From: Woeseia sp.
GTDB lineage: Bacteria > Pseudomonadota > Gammaproteobacteria > Steroidobacterales > UBA11654
Direction: 5' to 3'
NCBI GenBank assembly: GCA_019653755.1
Contig: BPCL01000004.1
Location: forward strand, 71,578-135,577
Length of the DNA: 64,000 nt
Every line of letters starts with the position of its first letter. Within the stretch, counting starts at the first letter, position 1. The notes below the pieces were generated by a model. It saw nothing but the letters and a program-made list of their open reading frames with translations, had not been told where the DNA came from and ran no database searches. Both the position numbers and the translations under genes were made by a program. Below, piece by piece: positions 18,453 to 28,679 of this stretch.

Positions 18453-19489
18453 ATGAAACAAATTTCAAAACTGGATTATCCATTTTCCAAAAGACCTCCT
18501 GATGGGGGAACAATAGAAGTCGAAACTAATGTATTTTGGCTTAGAATGCCTCTCCCTATTGCTCTAAATCATATAAACCTCTGGTTATTGGAAGGCAATG
18601 AAGGTTGGACCATTGTTGACAGCGGTATGGCAACTAAAGAATCAAAGGCAATTTGGAACAATATATTCACAGAATCACTTAAGAAAAAACCTGTGGAGGA
18701 AATACTCATAACCCATATGCATCTTGATCACTCAGGATTGGCTGGCTGGCTGGCAAGTAAGTGGAATATTGAGCCGCATTTCACAGAAAAAGAATTTTTG
18801 GAAACAGTAAAAATAAACAAAGGAATGAGCAACGATCAACAAAGAATATATTTAGATTATTATAAAAAATGCGGTTATGACGAAGAAGCGCAACTTCACT
18901 TTATTGAGAGGGCCAAATACAGACAATCATTAATCACCAAGCTTGGTAACAGTTTCCAAGGACTTGACGATCAACAAACAGTCAAACTCAGCGATGGTCC
19001 TTGGAAGGTAATTATTGCTCAAGGCCATTCTCCATCACACGCCTGTTTATTTTCCGAAGAAAAAAATATTTTTATTTGTGGAGATGTGCTACTCCCAAGA
19101 ATTACTCCAAATGTTAGCGTAAACCCTGTCTATCCTGATGGGAACCCTTTAAAAGAGTGGCTAGATAGCTTGAAAAATATAAAACAAACAGATTCCAGAA
19201 GATGTCCTGGTATTACCCTCACACGGATACCCTTACAAAGGTGCTCATGCAAGAATTGAAACCATACTCAAAAACCATCACGACAAACTTAATAAAATCT
19301 ATGAAAACATTGATGAGCCAAAAACTGTTGTTAAAGCTCTTCTCAGTCCTCTTTGAGAGTAAAATTAATAAACATAATATTGTGCTGGCAGTTGGTGAGA
19401 CCATGTCGCACCTCAATTATTTAGTTGCTGAATCCAAACTTAGCAAGTCTATAGACAAGAATGGTTTATATTCATTTTCAAGGACCTAG
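18453..19489 (+). CDS. MBL-fold metallohydrolase, frameshifted near 19190-19330
   Basis: WLRMPLPIALNHIN, THMHLDH, GHSPSH, GDVLLPRITPNV; C-terminus AVGETMSHLNYL in the downstream frame. Confidence 0.85.
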
Positions 19490-19498
19490 GAGAAAGCC

Positions 19499-20906
19499 TT
19501 GAGTATAATTTTTGATGATCACAAACAATTTGAATATTCAATTCCTGTCATTGTAATTGGTGCTGGTGGTTGCGGTTTATGTGCAGCTCTAGCTGTCAAA
19601 GAAAATAACACTGACGTTCTAGTTATTAAAGAGAGATCCAACCCCCTTAGGCACCACAGCTATGTCTACTGGATTGATACCTGGAGCAAATACTAGATTA
19701 CAAAGAGAAGCAGGAATAACTGATTCTCCTGAAATATTCGCAAATGACATAATGAAAAAAACAAAAGGTGAAACTGACCCAAACATTGCGACTTGCTTGG
19801 CAAGAGAATCTTCAAAAACTATTGAATGGTTAATTGATGAATATCAGATCCCTTTAAGTTTGGTTGACAGTTTCCTATATCCTGGTCATTCCTTGAAGAG
19901 GATGCATGGAACACCCAATAGAACAGGAAGTGAGCTGATGGGCGCATTATGCAGAGCAGCTGAAAAATCAGAAATTGATATATTAACAAACGCATTGGTA
20001 ACTGATCTGTTTCAGTGATTCGACTAAAAGGATTCTTGGGGTAAAAATTTTAAGAAATGACGGTGAAATAGAAGAGGTTGGTTGTGATGCACTAATTCTT
20101 GCATGTTGTGGCTTTGCTGGAAATCCAGAAATGATTGAAGAATATATGCCACAAATCAAAGACGCTGAGTTTTTTGGCCACCCTGGTAACAAAGGCGATG
20201 CGATCATCTGGGGAAAATCCTTAGGCGCGGGGCTTGCTGATATATCAGCTTACCAAGGTCATGGTGGTTTAGCTGCAGGAAGAGGTGTTCCAATCTTGTG
20301 GCCAATGATTATGGAAGGTGCTTTTCAAGTGAATAAAAATGGACAAAGATTTTCTGACGAATCAAAAGGCTATTCTGAACAAGCTGTAGGGAAATGGTCA
20401 GTCAACCAGACAAAATCGCATGGAATATCTTTGATCAACGCCTTCATAATCTGATGATGGAATTTGAAGATTATCACAATGCTATTGAGGCAAATGCAAT
20501 CGTAAATGCAGACACAATCAAAGAATTGAGTATGTTGACGAACATAGATGAATCCTCGCTGAGGGAAATCATTAAAGAAGTTGAAGAGATGGTAGAAGGA
20601 AAGAGACAAGATGATTTTGGAAGAGATTTCACAGGCAAACCAAAACTATCGGCACCCTACTATGCCGTCAAGGTGACTGGCGCACTTTTTCATACCCAGG
20701 GCGGCTTAGTCGTGAATGAAAATGCAAGAGTCATGGATAAAAAAGGCAATACCCTGCCAAATCTTTTTGCAGGAGGAGGATCGGCAAGAGGCATATCTGG
20801 TCCTGCTGACTGGGGTTATATGGCTGGAAACGGCCTTCTGACTGCCACCACTTTTGGAAGACTAGCAGGATCAGCTGCAGCAAAATTAATTGTGGAATTT
20901 AGTTAG
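19499..20906 (+). CDS. FAD_binding_2-family flavoprotein (flavocytochrome c / KstD / TcuA-like), several frameshifts
   Basis: GAGGCG, HSLKRMHG, ALFHTQGGL, NLFAGGG and GYMAGNGLLTA spread over four consecutive ORFs. Confidence 0.85.
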
Positions 20907-20912
20907 TCCACT

Positions 20913-20930
20913 ATTTATCGTTTGATAAAT
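20913..20930. promoter_or_regulatory. Palindromic operator copy 7, ATTTATCGTTTGATAAAT
   Basis: Extends to ACTATTTATCG-TT-TGATAAATAGT, immediately upstream of the CoA-transferase operon. Confidence 0.85.
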
Positions 20931-20967
20931 AGTTGCTATATTATCCCTAGCTACTTTGGAGAAAAAA

Positions 20968-23259
20968 ATGAAAGAACTTAAGGGACCACTTAATGGATTA
21001 AAAGTATTAAGCATAGGGACTTCTATAGTCGGGCCTTGGGCAGCAACTTTGCTTGGATATTTAGGTGCAGAAGTTTTTAAAGTGGAGCCTCCAAAAGGCG
21101 AATTCCTCAGAGTCCTCTACCCACATCAAAATAAACTCTCAACGGCCTATAGCTCTACAAACCTCAATCAAAAATCAGCTGGTCTCAACACCAAAGAAGA
21201 GGAAGGAATGAATGCGATGCTGAATTTGGCAAATCAAGCAGATATTCTAATTGAAAACTTCAGGCCAGGAGTCGCAGATAGGATTGGACTTGGTTATGAC
21301 CTCTTGCACAAATCAAATCCAAATTTAGTTTTTGCATCAAGCTCTGGCTATGGAGATGATGGACCAATGAAAAATTTAGCGGCCCTAGAACCGCATCTAC
21401 AAGCATTTAGTGGAATGAGCGGTCTAACTGGATATGTAGGAGACGATGGACAATTAATTAGATTTACACATTTAGATCCTACAGGGGCAATTTTTTTCTG
21501 TGGTTTAATTATGTTAGGACTCATTGAAAGAGAGCGCTTTGGGCATGCCTGTTGGGTAAAAACTTCTCACTTAGCTAATGCCTTAGCCAATATGAACAAT
21601 AAAGTCTCAGAGGTATTATTAGCAAACGCTCAAGGAGAACCCCTTGGAAGTGCTTCTTCGACTTCTGCCCCTAATCGATGTTACTTATGCGAAGATAAAA
21701 AATATATTGCTGTTTCTTGCGAGAATGAGGATCAATGGTCTGGTTTTTGTGAAGCGACTGGCTTGAACGAATTAACCGAGGACTCAAGATTTTCTAAAAA
21801 TACTGATCGAATAGATAATCGCGATGAACTGGATGAGATTCTCAAAGATCACTTTCTGCAAAAACCCTCTCGATGGTGGTCACTAAGACTGAATAAAGCA
21901 AAGGTTCCAAATAGTTTTGACTTATGCTTTGATGATTTGCAATTCCATCAGCAAATTATAGAGAATAACTTCTTAGTGGAAGTTGATGGTGATCACACTG
22001 GTCCATTTTTTTGTGGGCGGTTTGCCATGGGAGTTTAGCGAAACACCGCCTAAAATCGATACCTCAATTCCTGTGCCAGGAGGAGACACAGAAAGAGCGA
22101 TGAATAAAGGATTTGCAAATAAGGCAAAAGATGGCGTAAAAGAACAATCCGATTCCCCTGTATACCCTTTAAAAGGCATCAAGGTTGTGGATACCACACA
22201 GGGATACACGGGACCATATCTCTCATTTATGCTGGCTGAGGCCGGTGCTGAAATTATAAAAGTAGAACCCATTGAGGGAGACTGGTCGAAAAAATTAAGC
22301 CCCCAAACAGACAAAGGAATCAGCGCTTTATACCAATCATTTAATAGAAATAAAACAATCACTCAAATTGACCTCCAAACCGATGAAGGACAATCAAAAT
22401 TTGAATCACTTCTAGAAGATGCCGATATTCTAATTGAAGAGTGGACTAGCGAAAGTCCTGAATCAACAATTATGCTTATGACACATTGAAGAGCAATAAG
22501 CCATCACTTATTCATTATTCTCTCTCAGCATTTGGGCATTGCGGACCAATGAAAAATAGACCGGGAAGTGATCTTACAATTCAAGCTATGTCTGGTTATT
22601 TGAGAACTATGGGTGATGTCGGTGAGGAACCAGTTCGAGTGGGTGCAGACGTGGTCTCTACATGCACAGCAGCCATGAGTTTTATTGCAATACTTTCAGC
22701 ACTATATTCTCGAATTCAAACCGGTAAAGGGCAGCAAATAAAATCCAGCATGCTTGGAACAATGATGGCCATAAAAACTCTTCAATGGTCAGGTTTTAGT
22801 GACCCAGACAGTTGGGAAGGCAATTTTTGCAAAAATGAGACCGATGGCTCTAATTATGGCCAAAGAACAAAAGATCGTTCAATCTTCGCAACGCCCTCCC
22901 CTGCACTGACAGAGGATAAATTTTTTGAAATGATTACTGAATTTGGGATGTATGAAGAATTCATGAAAGACGAAGATTTAGTTAAAAATTGGTGGAATTC
23001 ATTTGGTGTCGGAACAAAAGCTAGCCAAGCAAGGCCTCTTTGGGATAAGTATCTTACAAAAATGACATCAGAGGAAGTGCTGGAAATATTTTATCGATAT
23101 GAGGTCTGGGCTGTTGAGTTTTCCAATATTGAAGAATTGAGAAATCATCCACAAGTGGAATTCCTCAATATGTTCGAGAAATACGAAAACGACACATATC
23201 TTCGGGCTCCATGGAAAACGCCATGGGGATTTCCAAAAATTGATCCTATAAAATTTTAA
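20968..23259 (+). CDS. Family III (CaiB/BaiF) CoA transferase, two tandem domains, frameshifts near 22010 and 22470
   Basis: GPLNGLKVL..GAEVFKVEPP..ENFRPG, then PLKGIKVVD..GAEIIKVEP..NRNK; fragments overlap without an obvious intervening RBS/start. Confidence 0.8.
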
Positions 23260-23278
23260 GGCAAAGCAAGGCGTTCTA

Positions 23279-24056
23279 TTGAGAAAACACTATGTAAATA
23301 CTGACCTAGGTCAAGTTCATTATTTAACAAACGGTGAGGGTAACCCCCTTTTGCTTTTACACATGACGCCTCAATCGTCTCTTCAATTCCTCTATACATT
23401 TGATTATTTTAATAAACTTGGATTTAGGGTAATTGCCCCAGATACACTAGGTTATGGAATGTCAGACAAGCCGAAATGAACCCTTAACCATTGAAGAATA
23501 TGCTTCTGTTTTACCTGAAGTTCTTGATGATCAAGATGTAGATAGAATTACAGTTATCGGTCATCATACGGGTGCTTCGATTGCCTCTGAGTTTGCTAAG
23601 TCTCATCCCAGCCGAGTAGACAAAATCATACTTCATGGAATCCCTCTTTACACAAAGGAAGAACGCAAAGAACGCATGAGTAACTTAAAAGTTGATTTAT
23701 CGCCAAAAAAAGATGGCTCCCATTTGGTAAATTATTGGAATTGGATTCAAAGCAGAGTCGGCGGTAGAGCAACGCTAGAATCATGCCAAATGTCTCTGTT
23801 GCATGTATTTCTAGCAGGAGAAAATGAATGGTTTTGTCATCATGCAGCGTTTGCCTACAACCTCGAAAAGACTTTATTAGAATTAAGACAGCCCTGCTTA
23901 ATTATTAGCAATACAGGTGATCCTTTACACTATATTATTCCCAGAGTTCAATCACTAAGAGATGATTTCACATACAGAGAATTAGAAGGAGGCTCTGTAT
24001 TTTTCATTAGAGATGAGCCAGAAAAATGGGTAGATTGTATAGGTGATTTTCTTTAA
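23279..24056 (+). CDS. Alpha/beta-hydrolase fold protein (GHHTG elbow), frameshift near 23475
   Basis: PLLLLH, APDTLGYGMSD, VIGHHTGASIA. Confidence 0.85.
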
Positions 24057-24091
24057 TAATAACCAAATCGAAAAATAAGAGATAAATAACA

Positions 24092-25234
24092 ATGCTTTAT
24101 AAACTTCCAGAAGAAACCTTGATTCTTCAAGACACAGTTAAAAGATTTGTCGACAACGAGTTAATCCCTCTTGAGCGAAAATTTCCTGAGCGACCCAATT
24201 CATATGAGCTGCCTGAAGATGTGTTTTTGGAATTAACAGCTAAAGTTCATGAGATGGGATTGACTGCCAGAGAAACCCCTGAAGATGCTGGAGGAGCTGG
24301 TCTAGGGACTCTCGATAATTGTATAGTCACAGAACAAGTGCATCGTTCCACAGCCGGTTGCAGTGTTTTCTCAGCTACATTTGCCTCGATGCTTTATGAA
24401 TTAGGGACAGAAGAGCAAAAAGAGAGATACCTAGTTCCTTCAGTTAAAGGCGAATTTCATGGGGCCAGCGCTTTTAGTGAACCGGGTGCTGGGGGAGATT
24501 TGGCTGGGATTCAAACAACGATTGAAAAAACAGACGATGGCTGGGTTATAAATGGCAATAAATGCTGGATATTTAAAGCTAAAACTGCTCGTTTTATATT
24601 GGTCTTAACCCGATTGAAAGGAACGGAGAGACATGACGGTCTCCAATGGGTCATAGTTGATTCAGATGCTCCTGGTTTCAAAGTTGGCAGAGAACAAAAA
24701 ATGATTCATGGACAAAATACTTATGAATTATTTTTTGATAATTGCATAGTTGATGAGAAGCAACTCTTAGGGAAACAAGGACAAGCTTGGTCATCGGGAA
24801 CTGACTATCTTTTTTCAGGAAGAATACAGATTGCAGCAAGAGCATTGGGCATTGCTGATCGATGTCTTGAAATGGCAAAAGAATATGCAAAAATAAGACA
24901 TACTTTTGGTAAGCCACTATCATCTCGTCAAGCCATTCAATGGATGATTGCGGATTCAGCTCTAGAACTGCATAGTTGCAGACTTCTAGTCTATGACACA
25001 GCTCTAAGAGCCCAGGAAGGTGAAAAAGTTTATACAGAAACTGCTATGGCAAAGCTATCTGCGACTGAAATGGTTGCGAAAGTTGTCGATCGAGCAATGC
25101 AAATTCATGGTGCCGCAGGTCTGTCTGATGAATCCATTTTAGAAAGGTGCTATCGAGATGTCAGGCCAATGAGAATTTATGAGGGGACCTCTGAAGCACT
25201 TAGAAGCATGATAGCAAGAGACTTACTTAAATAA
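24092..25234 (+). CDS. Acyl-CoA dehydrogenase family protein
   Basis: FSEPGAGGD, INGNKCWI, RHTFGKPL, MQIHGAAG, RIYEGTSE. Confidence 0.93.
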   Translation: MLYKLPEETLILQDTVKRFVDNELIPLERKFPERPNSYELPEDVFLELTAKVHEMGLTARETPEDAGGAGLGTLDNCIVTEQVHRSTAGCSVFSATFASMLYELGTEEQKERYLVPSVKGEFHGASAFSEPGAGGDLAGIQTTIEKTDDGWVINGNKCWIFKAKTARFILVLTRLKGTERHDGLQWVIVDSDAPGFKVGREQKMIHGQNTYELFFDNCIVDEKQLLGKQGQAWSSGTDYLFSGRIQIAARALGIADRCLEMAKEYAKIRHTFGKPLSSRQAIQWMIADSALELHSCRLLVYDTALRAQEGEKVYTETAMAKLSATEMVAKVVDRAMQIHGAAGLSDESILERCYRDVRPMRIYEGTSEALRSMIARDLLK

Positions 25235-25243
25235 TTAAGGTTT

Positions 25244-26575
25244 ATGCTTCCATTTAAAACAAAATTTGGCTGGGGAATTGGAACATTAACCGTTTCGCTA
25301 ATGTTTCAAGCAAATGGACTGCTTTTACTGGTTTATTTGACAGACTATGTAAATATGCAGGCTGCTACAGCAGGTCTGCTGATTGGATTATCAAAGATTT
25401 ATGATGCTTTAACTGACCCGGTTATGGGAAGAATTACCGATAGAACCAATACAAGATGGGGCAAAAGAAGACCATATGTTTTTATAGGGACTTTGCTCTG
25501 CGCTCTATCATTTCTATTCTTATTTAATCTGGCGTTATTCTCTGAATCTGAAAATATTATTTTGATAACTCTTTTTGCTCTCATTCTTAACGCCACAGGT
25601 TACACAATTTTTAATGTTCCATATCTGGCAATGCCCTCTGAGATAACGGATGACTATGATGCCAGGACAGATCTAATGTCCTATAGAGTAATGGCAGTCG
25701 CAGCAGGTCAGTTAGGAGGTTCGGCGCTTGGGCCAGCATTAGTCGTCTATTTTGGGAGTGGAGCGACAGGTCACACTGGTATGTCTATGTCTCTCGCTTT
25801 GATTATGGTAATGGCTGGCTTTGCATGCTTTTGGATGACAAAGGATGCTCCGTTTGTAAAAACTACTGCAGAAAGGAAAGATGAGGGATCTTTTTTTAAA
25901 CAGTTTAAAACCGCTTTTAGGGTTAAGCCTTTCGCAATCCTGTTAGGAATTAAAATTACTCAGCTCACTGGTTTCGCAGTTTTTCTTGGCTCGCTACCGT
26001 ATCTCTTTACGAGAATCATGGATCTTTCATATAACTATCTTGGTTTCTATTTCCTCATACAAGGATCTGTGATGTTTATTTCACAACCATTATGGGTAAA
26101 GATTGTGAACAGTATAGGTAAGAAAAATGGTTATTATCTTGCCTCTCTGTCTTGGGGTTTAGGTGCATTGTCATGGATACTTGCAAGCTCAGGAGAAAGT
26201 GATCTTGGTATTATCTTGAGGGGATGCTTCCTTGGTTTTGGGGCAGGAGGACTTTTATTGGTTGGGCAATCAATGCTGCCTGACACCATGCAATATGACA
26301 AAAAGACAACTGGACAAAACAGAGAAGGAATACTGGCAGGTGTCTATACAACTGTCGAGAAATTATCATTTGCTATAGGGCCTTCAATTTTAGGAATTAT
26401 GCTTGGAATGGTTGGATATGATGCACTCTTAACGAGCCAAAGTGATACTGTGATCAAGATGGTCTACTTTGCTGCAGGCGGTTTTCCCGTGATTGCACTA
26501 ATGGTCAGCTGCTTTTTTATTATGATCTACAACATAGACCAAAAAACATTAAAAGAAGAGGAAGAATATGAGTGA
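25244..26575 (+). CDS. MFS transporter, GPH/MelB-like family
   Basis: DALTDPVMGRITDRTNTRWGKRRPY; REGILAG..EK; about 12 TM helices. Confidence 0.92.
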   Translation: MLPFKTKFGWGIGTLTVSLMFQANGLLLLVYLTDYVNMQAATAGLLIGLSKIYDALTDPVMGRITDRTNTRWGKRRPYVFIGTLLCALSFLFLFNLALFSESENIILITLFALILNATGYTIFNVPYLAMPSEITDDYDARTDLMSYRVMAVAAGQLGGSALGPALVVYFGSGATGHTGMSMSLALIMVMAGFACFWMTKDAPFVKTTAERKDEGSFFKQFKTAFRVKPFAILLGIKITQLTGFAVFLGSLPYLFTRIMDLSYNYLGFYFLIQGSVMFISQPLWVKIVNSIGKKNGYYLASLSWGLGALSWILASSGESDLGIILRGCFLGFGAGGLLLVGQSMLPDTMQYDKKTTGQNREGILAGVYTTVEKLSFAIGPSILGIMLGMVGYDALLTSQSDTVIKMVYFAAGGFPVIALMVSCFFIMIYNIDQKTLKEEEEYE

Positions 26576-28016
26576 GAAAAAGACTTGTGACACCTTGATA
26601 AAGGGAATAGTCATTTCCATGGATCCTAAAAGACATGTCTATTTAGATGGCTTTGTTGCTATAGAGAAGGGATTGATCAAAGCTGTCGGTCCCATCAATG
26701 AATGTGACTATGACTCGGATAATATCCTCGGTGGAAAAGACTACATGGTCCTTCCCGGGCTGGTCAATGTCCATACACATCTGATTCAGGGCTGTATGAG
26801 AGGAATGGCAGATGGAACAACATACGAGGAAAGGTTTTTTGGATTCTACTATCCAATGACAGGTGCCTGTGATGAAGAAAGATCTTATATTGCTTCAATG
26901 CCTCCCATTATGGATCTTTTGTTAAGAGGGGTCACAACGACAGCGGATGACCATTTTACTCATTTGCATAAAAAGTCTATTGATGGCGTCTTAAAAGCAG
27001 TTGATGATTCAGGAATCCGTTGCAGGATGGCTCGTCTTACCATTAATGATAAAGAAGCTGTTCCAGAAGGATTCAGAGAGGAGTTAGATGAAGGAATCGC
27101 TGAAACTGAGCGTGTAAAATCAACATGGGAAAACGATAAAATATCAGTCACAGCGTCAACCATTGGTATTACTTACTGCGAGCCTGATCAACTGGTTGAA
27201 CTCTGGAAATGGACAGATGATAATAATCGCCAATTTGATATCCATGCTCCAGCAGTAATGGATCATAAGTATCTAGCATCCAGAAGAGGTTGGGAAGGAG
27301 GCTCTTTTGAATGGCTCGATCATGTTGGAATCTTAGGGCCTAACCTCATTTCAGCTCACTCCCAAAATTTAAGGCCAGGCGAAGCAGAATTAATATCAAA
27401 ATGTGGTGCGTCAGTTGCGCTCGTTCCTGATATGGAGCAAGTTCTGGGTTTGGTTAATTTTGATGCAAAAAAATTCCTTGAATCCAATGTCACTTGTGGA
27501 CTCGGTCTTGATGGCCCAGTTGTTGCATATGGGCATGATCTTTGGACGGCAATGAGGAGTTTTCTCACAGCACAGAGAATGGGAGATCAGCATCGTACGA
27601 TGATGTCCGATACTCAGACAAAATGGACAGGAGATGAAATACTCTATGGAAATGCAGAACAAGCCCTAGAATTGGCCACAATCGATGGGGCTAAAGCACT
27701 AATGATGGAAGACAGTGTTGGCTCTCTGGAAGTGGGTAAAAAGGCTGATATTCTCCTAATAGATAGATCCTCTGAAAGTCACCTAACACCGATGGGTGCC
27801 ATGATTGCTAATTTAGTTTATGGCAATGGCCCAAATCAAAGTGCAATTAAAGCTGTGATGATTGATGGCGAAATAGTGGTCAAAGACGGAGAGCATCAAA
27901 CGATTGATCATGCACAGGTTGTTAAAAACTCAGATGAATTGCAGGAAACTCTTTTAGATGAAACTGGTGCTAGGCAATATCTAAGAAAACGAAGTCGCTT
28001 TACCTGGGTTCAGTAA
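26568..28016 (+). CDS. Amidohydrolase superfamily metalloenzyme (AtzA/TrzA/deaminase-like)
   Basis: LPGLVNVHTH, GLGLDG, ATIDGAKAL, GSLEVGKKAD. Confidence 0.9.
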   Translation: MSEKKTCDTLIKGIVISMDPKRHVYLDGFVAIEKGLIKAVGPINECDYDSDNILGGKDYMVLPGLVNVHTHLIQGCMRGMADGTTYEERFFGFYYPMTGACDEERSYIASMPPIMDLLLRGVTTTADDHFTHLHKKSIDGVLKAVDDSGIRCRMARLTINDKEAVPEGFREELDEGIAETERVKSTWENDKISVTASTIGITYCEPDQLVELWKWTDDNNRQFDIHAPAVMDHKYLASRRGWEGGSFEWLDHVGILGPNLISAHSQNLRPGEAELISKCGASVALVPDMEQVLGLVNFDAKKFLESNVTCGLGLDGPVVAYGHDLWTAMRSFLTAQRMGDQHRTMMSDTQTKWTGDEILYGNAEQALELATIDGAKALMMEDSVGSLEVGKKADILLIDRSSESHLTPMGAMIANLVYGNGPNQSAIKAVMIDGEIVVKDGEHQTIDHAQVVKNSDELQETLLDETGARQYLRKRSRFTWVQ

Positions 28017-28679
28017 TTAGCTTACAAATAACTCTTTTAATTCAGTCACAGCCGCATCTGGAGTATTGAGGACCAAATGGTCTGATATGTCTTTATTTAT
28101 TTGCTCAACAGCTCTTGCCATTGAAAATTGACCAAGGATTACTGTTTCATCGCTTGGAATCATCATAACAGCATCGATGATTTTCTGATTATGTGCTTGC
28201 ACTTGATCTTCTTTCAGAAGTTCAAGGGCATTTTTGATTAAATGACCCTTGATGTTTATATCCAAGCCTTCGCTCATGGCCTGAAATTCATTAACCAATA
28301 ATTCTAAAGATGGTTCAAATGTTACCAATATATTTGTATCAGATTCAGCATTGATAGCCATCCTAAAAGCTGATTCATTGGGCCTGAGAATAGGTAAATT
28401 GAATTTAATTTTTGCAGCATCTATCGCATCTCCAAAGGCGCTACAAGTGTAAAGAATTGCATCAACGTGATCATTAACAGCTAGTTGACCTAAATCAATT
28501 ATTCGCGATCTTATTCTAGATTCATCTAGTCCATTTGCTCTATCGATGGATAATTGGAAGTCAGAGTACTCATTCAAAATGACATTTGGCCATAATTTTT
28601 GAAATGATTGTCTGATTGGCTCCTCAGATTCCTCAAGTGCATGAATCAAACCGATTCTAATTTTATTCTGATGTTTCAT
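28017..28679 (-). CDS. Asp/Glu/hydantoin racemase superfamily protein
   Basis: IGLIHA, AILYTCSAFG, PILRPNE, VILGQFSMA, VLNTP. Confidence 0.8.
   Translation of the reverse strand: MKHQNKIRIGLIHALEESEEPIRQSFQKLWPNVILNEYSDFQLSIDRANGLDESRIRSRIIDLGQLAVNDHVDAILYTCSAFGDAIDAAKIKFNLPILRPNESAFRMAINAESDTNILVTFEPSLELLVNEFQAMSEGLDINIKGHLIKNALELLKEDQVQAHNQKIIDAVMMIPSDETVILGQFSMARAVEQINKDISDHLVLNTPDAAVTELKELFVS

Noticed and set aside
5731-24056. Split island genes as pseudogenes or programmed frameshifts
   Set aside because: The same kind of indels hit sucC, ftsQ, murG and ftsW, and motifs are otherwise intact, so sequencing error is more parsimonious
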